Of a stretch of DNA of 64,000 nucleotides, positions 1 to 12,900 are shown piece by piece. The DNA comes from Schizochytrium sp. TIO01 (Eukaryota > Protista > Bigyra: Labyrinthulomycetes): contig SMSO01000031.1 in assembly GCA_004764695.1 (NCBI GenBank), positions 8,228,761 to 8,292,760 of the forward strand. The letters run 5' to 3'. Under the pieces are notes generated by a model. The model ran no database searches. It was not told the DNA's origin and saw nothing but the letters and a program-made list of their open reading frames with translations. The position numbers and the translations under genes are program-made. Every line of letters begins with the position of its first letter. Positions within the stretch are counted from its first letter, which is position 1.

Positions 1-3000
1 AAAGAAGAGGAGGTGCAGTCATGTAAATAATGGGAAACTGACTTCTTCGATTTCTGGTCTCTGTGTTTTCCGATTGTGACGCTGCGGCCGTTCTTTTTGA
101 AAGCGCTGCATCGATATGGAATGGAGTATGTGGGAATCCCAAAGGCAAGGGTGCTCAAGTTGAGAATACTTCGCAGGGAATCGTGCACTGCTATGCGGGC
201 CTAGCCTTACCGGTAGCTGGCCGCCCGTGACAGTCGAGCGGAGGGAAACCTTGGCAGAACTTCGAAGGAGCCGAAGAGGCGTTGCTTTCAAGGCCGCGGG
301 CGCTCGAGGGGCCCTCGTGAAGGGCTGTGCCAGGGCTGCTCTGTGCCTTATTCTGCAGCGCATCTCTGGCTGCCAGCCGATCTTGAGGGCGGTTCGGCGA
401 GAGCTAAGGATTGGATTGGCATTATGGAGGTGACACCACCAGAGTCAGTACTACTATGATCATTATCATTTATATCTTACATTAAACAAAAACTAATTGA
501 AAGAAGAAGAAGAAGAAGAAGAAGAAGCGCAGAGGAACAGAAAGCTGAGAGAAGGCGGTTTAGGAGAATGAAGGAGATGGAGGTGACGGTGCATGGGCAG
601 GGAGGGAATATGGAAACGCAGGGAAGGCGGGGAGGGCAGGGCCGCAGGCAGCTTCGGTTTATGGAGAAGGGTTTGATCTGCAGGCCTTTTGAAGAAGAGT
701 TGGGCGAAGAGAAAAGAGCTTTCAAGATGATCTATCTTTTTACCACCCGCGTTTTCAAAAAAAATATTCCCTTTTAAAGAGGAAAACGTTTTCTGGCTGC
801 CAGGTTGTTTTGTATTAATATATTATTGTTTTATTTAATTAATTAATTAAAACATGATTCGAAACACACGTCATGCGTATTCGTGTGTGTGTGGGGGGGG
901 GTCGTTAAAAAAATGTTTAAATAAATAAATAAGTATTATTATTTTAAAAATAAAAACACTTTAACTTTTAATTTTGAAAGGAAAAAGAAAAAAGGAAATG
1001 ATTTCTGACTTCAGGTAGGTACCTCTAATCTAGTTTTACCTTTTGGGGTAGGTAAAAGAGCGTAAAGCGAGCTGGGAAGAGATCTGCAGAACGCATTTTG
1101 TTTTAGTTTTATGTACTTTGGGATCCTGAGGCTCAGATGATCAGCACCATCGAAACCATGCCAAGGATCGAGATTGCGGGGAAGATGCGTATGAATTGAA
1201 ATGCGCGAGACTATATACTTTGCTTGAAGACATAAGTGCCATAGTTTTCAAGAAAGGACCCAGAGTCAGAAGTGTTCCAAGTCATGGCGGAGCTGCCGTG
1301 GACGAAGAGAGCATAGCGGGAAGAAAGGGACCGGGTTGCGCATGAGTTGCGGTAGAAGTTGTGACTTTCAAGGTTGAATGAAATTGGACTCCGGATTTAG
1401 TTTTTAGAAAAAAACTAAGAATTAGGGAGCAGTTGACGATGTTACGAAAAAGAACAAATTGGTCTTGGAAAGCAGGTGCGGCCCGATCGCAGATTTTTAA
1501 CGATGACGCAAGCTGGCTGGATGGATTCTTGTAGCATTGGGGTCATTATTACGCAAGGGACCTGCTAGTGCTACTGTGCGATGTAGGGTTCAAGCTCCTC
1601 GACGACATGTGAGGTCACTTGTATATGGTGTGGGGACCATCGACATTTTCCTTGCATTTTTATAAAAGGGGGCACGTACCTACCTGAGGTGGAGACGGCC
1701 AAGGTTGGAAAGCTTTACACCGATTGTGGTTTGTACCATGCGCTCACGGGACCGCAATGCAACCATGGTTACGAAAGGTATGTTGATTTGGAGTTTTGAG
1801 CTACATAGCGGTGACATATTTCAAGGAGTAAGGAAAGGAGTTTCAAGGAAGCAACATAGCTATCTGGCTACCGAATCATGAATTGACAAGTAGCTCGATC
1901 TCGAGGGATACACATACAAAATACATTAACTTCATAGCATTGCAATGGTGAATGCTGGACCTTTAGAGTCTACTACGGTGTCGGAGTCAAGAAATTGAGA
2001 ATCTGAATCATATGACGACACGATTTCATTTGAGGTAAAAAAGAGACTTTTCTGGAGGATGGTTTGCAACTTAGGTATATAGTACGCAATCCTGCAACAC
2101 TGCCGATCTTTCCATTAACCGAGATCCATGCTCACTCACTTGTCTACAGTATCTGAAGACCGCATCATCGGTAAACTAAGATATCCTATTGCCTTCTCAC
2201 CCCCATCCTTCATATATACGTCTATACATACGTACATTCTACTCTAGAGACCTTTTTGGAGTTTTGTTCCGACGGCTTGATAGGAGGCAATAACTTCGAC
2301 ATTGAAAAAATAATATAAACCAAACATTTTTTAACAAAGGCCGTGTTCTCTGAGTTGCGACTGTGTTACACGATTACGCCGCAGCAGCATTCCCAAAGAT
2401 ACAAGAACCCAATGATCTCGTGGTCGGTCCACGAATGAGGAAACACGTGGTCCCACAAACTCGAACGTACAAAGGCGGTAAGCAGTCGGGTTCAACGAGC
2501 GACGAGGTGAGAAGTCACCTCCTACTACTACGCTTGCATACCCTTACCTCTAGAGATACGTAGGTAATGCATACTGAGCCAGAGCAAGCAAGCGCTGTCA
2601 CGTTCTGGCCTCTTGATACACGAAGATATCTTCTGAAGATGAGCCGCCTCGGAAACGGTGCCCCGCATAGGGCTGCCTGAGTTCCCTACTAGCGCGAGGA
2701 CTGCACAACATCAGAGCCACCTGATTGCCGACTGTGGCAGATGAGCTGCTGCTGCTGCTGATGGTGCTGATGTCTGACCTTGTCTAAGCGAGAAGACGGT
2801 CAAAGTGCAAGAGAAAAGAAGAGAACACAGCAGCGCTTTCAGAGCATAGTCTCGGCAGGCGCCCAACTCGTGGTGCTACTGCACGCCATCGGCGAGGCGA
2901 GCAGCAAGCGTTGGCGAGCGAGGCAGAGGGGTGGCTGCCAAGAACTTGCGAGACGACGCCAGGTGGCTTCGAGTTGAAGTTCGTTCTCTCTGCTTTCTTA

Positions 3001-4189
3001 GCAGTTTAGGTTAGATGGGGTTAGGACCACCTGGAGCAGAATTGGGATCCCGACTTGCCAGTGGTTATTCTGCAAAGCTCTGCTAACAGACCAAATCTAT
3101 CAGCGCCACCAGCACAACGAAGATCGCGGCGAGTTGGCTGGATCATTATAGGCTCACCTCGTGCAGCCGTGGAGAGCTTTGCGTCGAGGTCTGCGCTGAG
3201 ATTGCATTGCAGATTGAATGCTTTGGTGCACGAATCAAAAACAGCGAAGAACCGTGCTACCAGCACCCCCTAGCACCTCCTACTGCCTGGCTACTGGCAT
3301 TAGCCCATAGTAACGCAAACGAATACTCTGCTTATTCCCATAATCTAAAGTGGACTCTTTCTTTATGATTTAGTTATGGTTTAGTGCACAAAGCAGAACA
3401 ACACTTGAGAAGTGAGTTTTATGATTGAACGAAGGGAAGCTTGCACGAGTTGCAGATAAGACGCTTCGAAGAGTCCGAAGGGGACGCTCTTCGTCAGGAC
3501 GTGCAGATATCCTGCAACATATCCAGGTCGACTTGATGGCCAGCTTGAGGACTTGAAGATTTGTTAGATGGCCGCGTGCCATATAGGTACATACATACAT
3601 ACATATCCATGATCCAGTATCCCTCTTTCTCACTAGTGGCGGTAGCACCTGCGTAGCTACTGCTAGTACCTAAGCACTGCTACCCACATCGCTAGCAGCG
3701 CTCTTAGTGGGAGGTCTACCTCCTTGTGCACAAGTGCCTCCACTGCTAGCACCCTCCTATCCTAAACCATAGCGCACGCCGCACCCATAAAGGATATTTT
3801 CTGCGAAGGGAAGAAAAGGCGAAGAAAAAGAAAAAGACATAAAAAGGTTTTTGGAATTCAAAAAATATCGTGCTTCTGCTTTCATGCGCGCACCAAACGG
3901 CTACGGGGGCCTTAAGGAGGGTACGCGTAACAGGTAGCAAGGCGCAGGACTCGTATCAAGTTGAAAAGGGCGCAAATTATAGTTGAAGAGGGCCTCTCAT
4001 AGAACGCTATATGAGCGTCTGTAATGTTGCGCCCTCTCGGTAGCAGTGGTTAGGCAGGGGCTAGCGAGTTTAAAAGAGGAAGAGAGAGAAAAGAGAGAGA
4101 AAGAAAGAGAGAAAGAAAGAAAGAGAGCGGAAAAGGACGAGAAGGACGACGAGGAGGAGGCGCACGAGCCGCAGACCCACTCCGCTGCG

Positions 4190-7069
4190 ATGCTGGGCGG
4201 CATCGAGGAAGGCCGCGGCGGCGAGGCGGCGGGCACGATCGACGCAGGCCCTCGACCCGCGGAGGAGGGAGACGCAGACACGCTCGGCGGCGGGAAGGAG
4301 GCCGGCGATTCCGCTGGCAAGACCGCCGCCGGCCGCGACGATGGCGGCGTGCACCACGCTGACAGGAAAGACGACGCCAAGGACATGGCGAAGGCGGGAA
4401 CAGAGAAAGAAAACGTGGGCTCGAAAATGGATTTTGAGGGCGCGGGAAATGGCCTAGTGAGAACGGAAGATCTTGATTGGGGCCTCGACGGAGCTGGGCT
4501 GGGCAATGCGAAAGACTTTGGAACTGGGAACGAAGATCTCAGGCTTCGCGGACACGATCATCTTGGCCAAGATCCTGGCGACCTCAGAAACCAAAGAGAT
4601 GCAGAAATATCCAGCGGAGAAGATGATACAGACGGGGATCAAGGCGACAACGATGACGACGATGATGATGATCTTGAGCTGGAGGACTTCTCCCAACGCA
4701 GAGGAAGAAATCGTAGCGAATCGTTTGTAAATGAGCTGGAGGATCAGGTGTTCAGGGAAAAGCAAGATGAACTGCAGCGAAAGGTGCAGGCAGCGCCAGT
4801 GCCCATGGGAAACACTTTCAAAGTTGCGGCGGGAGGACCTCCAGGAGTTTTGGGAAATATGGGAGGACTAGGTGGGCTTGGCAATATTGGAGGAGGAGGA
4901 GGAGGGGGAGGCATGTCGAGCTATAACTCCATGGAAGACTTCGAACCCTTCATCAAAACTCAATTATCGGCCAAGACCTTGGAAATTATCACCAACCTGG
5001 ACCACACCAAGTACAACGCGCGTCTCAAACAGTCAGGCAGCGGGCTCTTCCCATCACCTGTTGTAAGCATGTCCGCTGAAGAGGCAGAAGAGGAATCTCG
5101 TCTCGAGAAACAACCTCTTAACGGACCGTACGGCCCAGCAACTGCATCCTCAACAAACGGAAAGGGGGCATCGTCTAGGCGCTATGGAGTTGCCTTAGGC
5201 GGCCAGCGCCGCGGATCCACTGGCAACTCAGCGTCTGGATCCTCTACATCAATCACAGGGAAGTATCGCCGACGGAAGCGGGCAAGCGTCACTGGCACTC
5301 TCACAGGCAACTCCTCCTCATCTTTGTCAACAGCAGCGACAGCAGCTTCGTCAAGCTCAGGAAAACGCAACCTGCCGCCAACTCATAAACTAGGTCGCAC
5401 GTCAAGTTCCTCCTCGACATCATCAAGCACCTCGACTTCCACAGCGAGGTTTGCACCAGCTCCCCCCTCCACGCCACCGCCACCTTTGCCTCAAGACTAT
5501 AATGGTCAAAGCCCTTTGCATGTGTACATTCAGAAACACCACCAACAACAACATCAGGACCCGAAGCGTTACGAGTATCTGAATGAAGCTGCTCCAATAC
5601 CGTCTGGAACAGCACCAATATCAGCGTCGACACCCACCTTCGACGAAGGCCAGAGTACAGCTTCATCTCTAACAGAGACGTCTGAAAATGTCGATCCCTC
5701 TACAGTCATTACATCATCGGCCTCCCTCGGAGCTGTAGGCACTGTTGTTGACACAACTGTCCCTGCTACGATGAACTCAGTACCATCTTCAGAATCTGCT
5801 GCGCTCGAAACACCCGGCACCGCAGGGGGCGACGAGGAGATGGTGCATGGGGATGTTCAAGGAGAGAATCGTGTAGCAACGAGTTCATCAACAGAAGCAG
5901 CCGACGGTCAACAGAGTCAGCCTCAAACTATGACTGGAACACCACAAGCGACGGGAGCAGCTGACACTTCAACAATTTCAGTGACCATGGCACCGAGCAC
6001 ATACGCACCGCCGACTCGTGCGGCACCAACGCTCACTGTAGACACCAAAGCCAAGGCCACCGAAAGTCATGCAGTGCAAACCTCCCGCGGATCAAGCTCA
6101 TCGCATCATCAGCTCATTGTCAAGAACAGGAAGCAGCTCACATCTGGACGTCGCAATAAATTTCGCTCAGTCTTGTACAGCATGTTCCCAATGTGTAGCA
6201 AAGTTGACCCCCCACCATCTCGATCTAACTCCGAGCTTTCCGAGCTGGGTGATGTGGGCACCGGGGCCCCATATGATGTCACCAAGCCTCAGCCACAACA
6301 GCAACATCAGTTACACGGCTCTCAACCAGTTGCAACGACTAGTCTTCCGCCACACCCTCTAGAGAGTGTTGCTAGCGAAGATGACAATGCCTCTGTTATG
6401 TCAGGTCGCCCCGAAGGATCGAGTGTGTGCAGCTCTGACCAGAACCTCGACCGTTATGATCACCACATCAAGATTCTTCTATTAGGGGACAGTGGAGTGG
6501 GCAAAACGAGCCTAATGCTACGATTTGCAGATAACCAATTTCAACCAAACTTAATGAGCACTGCTGGCGTGGACTTTAAGGTGCGGTATCTCGAAGATCC
6601 TGTCATGACACAAAACAAGCGCATCAAGTGCCAAATTTGGGACACTGCCGGTCAAGAGCGCTTTCACGTCATAACTCATACATATTATCGCGGTGCACAC
6701 GGCATTGCCCTAGTTTATGACGCCGCGAATGAACAAAGCTTCCAACAAATCAGTTACTGGATGAATAATATTCGAAGTCACGCAGGATCCGATGCTCGCG
6801 TTATGGTATTCGGAAACAAAGTTGATCTTCCCTCACGAGTCATCTCGCCAGAACAAGGGCGCGCCGCTGCGGAAAAGTACGGCGCACAATTCTACGAGAC
6901 CAGCGCAAAACTCGGTACAAATGTGCTCGAGGCCTTTGAGGCACTGTCGATGGACGCAGTTGCCTGCCTAGAGGCCCGCAAACCACTGCCTGGTGATAAA
7001 CGCTCCCCGGCATCTGCGCGCGGTGGCGTGAGAATTGATTCTCGTAAGTCCACGTGCTTGCTCATGTAA
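4190..7069 (+). CDS. Large Rab GTPase (Rab8/Sec4/Rab1-like) with long low-complexity N-terminal extension, ~959 aa
   Basis: The open frame runs 4046-7069 and the first ATG is at 4190 (the ORF-track start is GTG in a GA-rich stretch). The C-terminal ~200 aa has G1 GDSGVGKT (6485), G2 STAGVDFK, G3 WDTAGQE, RabF YYRGA, G4 GNKVD, G5 ETSAK and a CaaX end (CLLM). Confidence 0.92.
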   Translation: MLGGIEEGRGGEAAGTIDAGPRPAEEGDADTLGGGKEAGDSAGKTAAGRDDGGVHHADRKDDAKDMAKAGTEKENVGSKMDFEGAGNGLVRTEDLDWGLDGAGLGNAKDFGTGNEDLRLRGHDHLGQDPGDLRNQRDAEISSGEDDTDGDQGDNDDDDDDDLELEDFSQRRGRNRSESFVNELEDQVFREKQDELQRKVQAAPVPMGNTFKVAAGGPPGVLGNMGGLGGLGNIGGGGGGGGMSSYNSMEDFEPFIKTQLSAKTLEIITNLDHTKYNARLKQSGSGLFPSPVVSMSAEEAEEESRLEKQPLNGPYGPATASSTNGKGASSRRYGVALGGQRRGSTGNSASGSSTSITGKYRRRKRASVTGTLTGNSSSSLSTAATAASSSSGKRNLPPTHKLGRTSSSSSTSSSTSTSTARFAPAPPSTPPPPLPQDYNGQSPLHVYIQKHHQQQHQDPKRYEYLNEAAPIPSGTAPISASTPTFDEGQSTASSLTETSENVDPSTVITSSASLGAVGTVVDTTVPATMNSVPSSESAALETPGTAGGDEEMVHGDVQGENRVATSSSTEAADGQQSQPQTMTGTPQATGAADTSTISVTMAPSTYAPPTRAAPTLTVDTKAKATESHAVQTSRGSSSSHHQLIVKNRKQLTSGRRNKFRSVLYSMFPMCSKVDPPPSRSNSELSELGDVGTGAPYDVTKPQPQQQHQLHGSQPVATTSLPPHPLESVASEDDNASVMSGRPEGSSVCSSDQNLDRYDHHIKILLLGDSGVGKTSLMLRFADNQFQPNLMSTAGVDFKVRYLEDPVMTQNKRIKCQIWDTAGQERFHVITHTYYRGAHGIALVYDAANEQSFQQISYWMNNIRSHAGSDARVMVFGNKVDLPSRVISPEQGRAAAEKYGAQFYETSAKLGTNVLEAFEALSMDAVACLEARKPLPGDKRSPASARGGVRIDSRKSTCLLM

Positions 7070-7760
7070 ATTTCTCCCATTTCTAAGTCTTTCACTTCAC
7101 TTCCTGCTGCCATGTCTCTCTCTTAAAAGAAACAAAAGCTCGCTTTGTGAAGTAGACTTTGTCCGCGGCCTTTGTTTCTGGTGAACCTTGTGTTATCGCC
7201 TGCTTTGCTATGAACCACCTTTGCAGGAGAATGTGCTCCGGCATCTCTCTTTTTGTATGAATGTAGAGATGTTTTGTTGAATTCCATTATACTTTTATTT
7301 TGATAACAAGAAAATAAAACACATTTATAGTAGTAACCTCTATTCTGTTTTATAGTGTATGAAAGCTGATTCGTGTGAAGAAATGTAAAACAACCTCTAG
7401 CTCTCATGAAAAAGTCACTTTAAAATGCACTGTTTGGGGATTCTATGCAGGTCAGGCTGCGTGTGCTAGATTTAGCAGTAATCTATATTCCGTATTTGAA
7501 CTCTTTTCAATTTTGAATGTACTATCCTGATCAAGACACCCCGCATCATGTATATGTACGCTAGCTACCTAAAGCTGATTCTGGTTTTTTGTATCAAGAA
7601 CGCAGAGAATCACCAAGCAAAAAACAATAATCAATTGATTAATGAAGAAAACACATAAAGACATACACAGGTTAAAAGAAGATATAATGGAGAGGTAAAA
7701 TACAAATCTGTTGAGCTGGGCGTTGAGGGCAAGACCCTTTCACAGAGAGAGAGCGTGGAA

Positions 7761-8984
7761 TCAAGCACTGCGAGCTCGGCATATCTTTACTGCAGCCCTA
7801 GCAACAGAGACCATTAACAACTCGTCGATATAGAGCTCCGCGAAACGTGTCGGCACAAGTCGACTAACGCACGAAACCATACTTGACCGCACTGTTCGTT
7901 GCACAAGACTGACTGCGGCTACAGTTATTTCCTCGGCTAGAGCTACCTCTTCATCGAGAAAAGGCCGCGCTACAGAAAGAAAGGGCTCACCTGGAAAGAC
8001 TGCACTATAGTTCTTGCGGCGTTGCTCCAAATCACCACCAAATAAACACACAGCTCTGACTTTTTCTTGTGCACTTGCCTCCTGCCCATCAAGAAAATCA
8101 ACCTGCTGGAGTCTAAAAAGGATTCTAAATCTATAAAATGGCTTCTTTTGCCAGGGATTACCATCTGTGTCCAGCAGGGAAAGATTGGTGAGATAGTCCA
8201 GCGGTGCAAGTTGCATGAAACGTGAAAGTCGATTGCCTGTGACACACAAAGCACGCAACGAAGAACAGTGTTCAAGCCCCTCTAGCGACGTAATACTGTT
8301 ATTCTCGCAATTAAGGTCTCGCAGACGGGGCAAATCTCGACATGCTCGAAGGTTAGTGAGATAGTTCTCTTGGACACGCAAAATTCGCAGTTGTCCAAGC
8401 TCACCAATGCCATTGAGACTATTCAGCCCGTTGTACGAGAGATCTAGCTCCTCTAAAAATTGAAGTGAACTCAGGTCGCACAAACTTTCAAGGTTATTGT
8501 GGCTTAGGTTGAGTACACGCAAATTCACGTGAAGGCGCACATGGCCGAGGTCACAAATATTGTTGTGCGAAAGGAGAGCTACCTGCAGGTTTGAGCCAAT
8601 CCAGCCTGCGCCCTCGGGCCATTCTGTCCGCTCGTCGCCTTCTTGGCACTCTCTTGGAGCAAAATCAAGCGCATCTTGTAATTGATTTTGTGAAGCGTCC
8701 AACCAAACAAGGTCTCGCAGTTGCGTAAGTGGCTGAAGTGTCCGAAGCTCATTCGCTTTCAGGTGGAGCTTCTGAAGCCAAGGCTTCTCGCGCACAAGGC
8801 TTGAGAGTTCGCGCAAGCCACGCTTTTCTGCACGCAGTTCGCCATCTACAAACCGCCCTGTCAATGGGCTGAAGAACATTGTCGGAGAAGATGAAGATAT
8901 AATCCAGCGGGCCACCTCTTCGCCACTGTCTCCAACTCAAAACGATCTGACAAGTTTGTTACTCAACACCCCCGCTGTAAGCAT
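7761..8984 (-). CDS. SDS22-type leucine-rich repeat protein, LRGUK/LRRC23-like (no guanylate kinase domain)
   Basis: Repeated LxxLxLxxNxL units and an LRR cap (GNPWQKKPFYRFRILFRLQQVDFLDGQE..AQEKVRA) resemble the LRR region of LRGUK. Proposed model: exon 8984-8944, 75-nt GT..AG intron 8943-8869 (removes in-frame TGA 8939-8937; acceptor ttcttcag), exon 8868-7761, giving 382 aa. An alternative start is ATG 8879. Confidence 0.8.
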
Positions 8985-9987
8985 ATACTTGAACCATCCA
9001 ACGTAGCGCCACGTGTCCCGCGCCATCCATTAATATATCGATTGTGGATGTGTGTGCCCAAGGTGGCACGCCCTTCTATTTGGCTGCATCATTATTCTCT
9101 GCCCACTGAAGGCACACTCAACGGATAGTTTTGGACTGTCCTTGTTTTAAAGGAAAGAAAACACATGATACCAGAATACTGTATCATGAACGAAACAACA
9201 CTCACAAGACGTGGGTTCCATGTCCCGACCTGCTGCTTTAACTCAAAGTAAATGCTCTGACTTGAGTTTTCGCACAAGTTAAAGCATTGATAGGACTAGA
9301 GATAGTGGCTCTATAGGAGGTAGGTATTCCCCAAATGGGATAAAGAGAGCTACTAAGGAACCACCTAGGAACCCTTTCAGAACTTGAAAAGAAGATGATG
9401 TTGTTCGAGACCTTGAAGATTGGAGATGCGCCCAGAGGAACTGATTATGAGCAAAACTGGTACGGCAATCCAAGGAACATGCTTTAGGATTTGCAGGCGT
9501 TGCGACAGATAGGAAGTTCAATACTCACTTCTTTCACAAAATCGTATGACCTATCTCTTATGGTCGCTCAAATTAACTTGATCACCTCTATGTTCGACCT
9601 GATTGAGCAACTACCTAGAAGTACCTAGTACATCGATGGTTCCGAGGGCCGCTCAAGGGGACTATCGGCTGTCATATTTGTACCAATGTACTACCGGGCC
9701 CAGTAGGAGATGTGAGCATTAGAATCGTTGCACTCCATGTTTTTTCTCTCTCTTTTTTTTTTTCTTTTCGGATACTGTCCGCCTTCCTTGACCCGGAGAC
9801 AAGGGCTGCCAATACCATAGGTTGTCCAGAAGGTTGGGTGACGAGGCTACGCAACTAGTAAAATTAATAGTCTTTGATTCAAGCTATAGCATTTCAATAA
9901 TGATGAACACTGTTCTCCAATGAGCCAAAACTCAATTCATATCAAGATAAATATCTTGACTACATATTGCATGAGGCAGAATTCGCA

Positions 9988-12900
9988 ATGAAGACAACCT
10001 GGCTTGGTAGCCTTGTTGCCCTCGTAATCTTAATTACACATTCTTTTGAGGTTCTCGCACACGTAAGAGCTTTTCCAAAGTACGTAGAGGCAAAGTACAC
10101 CAAGCCTGCGTGCAAAGCGAGCAAGCCATTTGGCACTATCCACTCAAGTTATGTCACAGACTCTATCAATCGTACAGTGAGTATTGCTAATTTTGATAAC
10201 TATGCAGTCAATGTCTCTCATGTGGAGATCACAAGCCAAGGGTCTCCAGATGTAGCAACTTGGGCTCATATAACTTTAGAAAATGAGGTTGACTTCAAAG
10301 AAGTTGGACCATATCAGGAGCTTGATCTGATTCTTTACCTTTTCCCCGGCAACATGACCGCAAATACCTATTATGCCGACATTTCATTTCATGTTTCTTC
10401 TCAGAGTAACTCCAATTTCACTGAAGAGATTATACACGTTCCCGTGACCTTCGAATTAGCAGCGCCCCCCGATGCTCTCAGGAGTAAAGCAAACTTTCAA
10501 ACTTGCAAGAATATGACTTTCTTAGAACGATGCTTGGGCACGATCGAGTTAATGGATTCGGATGGCTTACCTGTAACCAGTGGATCATATATTAGCACCG
10601 TTGATGCATACCTGGAAATTCCTGATGGACAATTTTACTCGTTGGATGTGTATGCAACAAATGAAGAAAAAATTGAGGTATCTCTTGTAGCCTACAGCAT
10701 TGGTTCTTTGAGGCCTTACGTGTTGATCTCCAATGTGTCGATTCCATATGAAGAAGAAATGATTGCCGTGACATGCGGGGCGAACAGTTCTCCTAGCTCT
10801 TCGTTAACAGAGCCTGATGAATCTGGAAGACTTCCTTGCATATGTAACTCAGGCTATCAGATTGATCTCACTTCAAGTGAGGAATTATGCGTTCCTTGTA
10901 AAACATGTAGCGCTGGTGAATACATTTTATCTGAAAATACAACTTGTGCATGCGAAGCGTGCCCAAAGGGTTTTTATTGCCCGGATCAGGAGCACATTAT
11001 GGAATGTCCCACGGGTCACTTTTGCCCTGCACGTACTATAGAACCAATCCAGTGTCCAGAAGACAGTTTTCAAGAAAACATCGGACAATCTGTATGCAAC
11101 TCTTGTTCGGCTTATTACAGAGGTGCCAGTACGTTTGGTCGTACAGGCGCCAACAGTCTGAATATGTGTGGAATCTGTCCTGACAATGCCTATTGTGACC
11201 CATCCTTGCTCTATGAGTGGCCTACGAACCGCTCAGATATAGCAAACCTTTGTGGTGTCACTACCACATACCAAACTGCTACAACATTTCAGACAAGAGC
11301 AATTTCAAGCGGCAATATCTCAGTTCTATATGTAGCTTTTCCAGCACCAGGATTTTTTCGCTTTCCTACATTGACGGAGGCTGGAGATGGAGACCCAGCA
11401 AGTCCTTGCGCTTCGCTTGAATTTGTAGCATGTCCTGGGGGTGTAAACGCCTGTCCTGGAACCACAAAGGCAACACAGGTTAATGTAACACTTGCGAATG
11501 CAACGAACACCTCAACAACTGTAAGTTGTGCTGAAGGTTATGGGGGCTACCTTTGTCAGGCATGTGAAGAAGGCTACGTACAGGAGAGCAACGAATGCAT
11601 CTCTTGTGATACTTCGTGGCCTTACCTCTTAGCGGTGCTTACACTTATTGTGGTTACCTTTCTCACAATTTATATGTCTTGGAGCATCATTCATAAAAGT
11701 GAGGATATGGCTGCAAAGCTTTCCTTTGTAGATGGTAGAGCAGATGTTGTCACTGCTGAAACCGTGGTAACAGTTCTTAAGATTGCTTATTCACACTTAC
11801 AAGTAGTCTCCCTGCTTTTGAGCATCGATGTAGACTGGAATGAGGCTGTAACAGGCATAAAAGCATTGGCTTCGACACTAACATTTACAGGAACAGACCT
11901 GACAAGCTCCGTGTCATGCGCATTCTCCGTGTCTAGTGCAGTAAATTCAAGTTTGGGTGAGGATGACTTTGTCACCGACACCTCATTGTCGACTTTCTAC
12001 ATCAGGGTTATCATGATTGATAGTTTCCCCATCGTTGCTAGTATCATTAGCGGAATTGTTTGGATGGGTTTTTACTTCAGCAGCTCCTGTAGGACATTTG
12101 TCACGCGCCAACACTATTTGCGGGGCTTTGAACTCTCCACGATTGTCCTTCTATTTATGGTGCATATTATCCTGCTGAGAACAGCTCTTGACCTTTTCGT
12201 ATGCACAACCCCAAAAGTGCAGGGACGGTCGTATTTACTTGCAGATCCTCACATTGAGTGTTTTGCTGGAACTCACATCTACTGGTTCTTAGGAGCGGGA
12301 ATGGGTGGCCTTTTGTTATATGGATGCGGTATTCCTGGTCTTGCTGCTTTACTTGTTTTGAAAGCAAACAATAGCTACTTGCGGAACTTTCTCTGCAAGA
12401 ATTTTCGCTCGGAATGTAAGTACTGGGAATCCATTATTGCACTGCGGAAGGTGGCTGTGATGATTCTTCTCATTACTTTAGCAAACTTTGGCCCCAGCGC
12501 GCAGGGCATATCTTGCTTGGTACTGATGAATTTTGCCCTTTTGTTGCACACAAATGTCCAACCATATTCGTATGCATTCTTAAATCACCTAGAGTCTGCA
12601 GGGCTACTTACTGTGATTTTCTCCCTCACACTTGCTCTGTACTCTTTGACATTTGAAGACAAGGTGGACTATGGCCTGAACATTATTATTGCGGTTGTCA
12701 ATCTTGCATTTGTTTTATACGTATTGTACGAAATTTTAGCAGTTACAGTAGTTTTCTATTGCTATTCCTCGAAACGTGCACCTAAGAGGCTGTCAGTGTC
12801 AACATGCGATTCAGCATCTGCACATTCTGGTGGGTCACCTAGAGCTTCCCCACAAAGCCGTCTGGCTTCAAGTTTAGCCTTCTTCTTTGCTCATCGACAT

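Noticed and set aside
1-780. Short ORFs at the window start
   Set aside because: No recognisable motifs; may be the UTR or promoter of a gene outside the window.
1011-1687. 12-bp inverted repeat TCAGGTAGGTAC / GTACCTACCTGA as MITE ends
   Set aside because: No target-site duplication, and the core word is common in this window.
3530-3580. Isolated LRR-like HLTNLQVLKL on the minus strand
   Set aside because: One partial repeat with no Asn and no clear exon boundaries.
8937-8939. In-frame TGA near the 5' end of the LRR gene as selenocysteine or readthrough
   Set aside because: Better explained by a 75-nt intron or a downstream ATG; no SECIS recognised.
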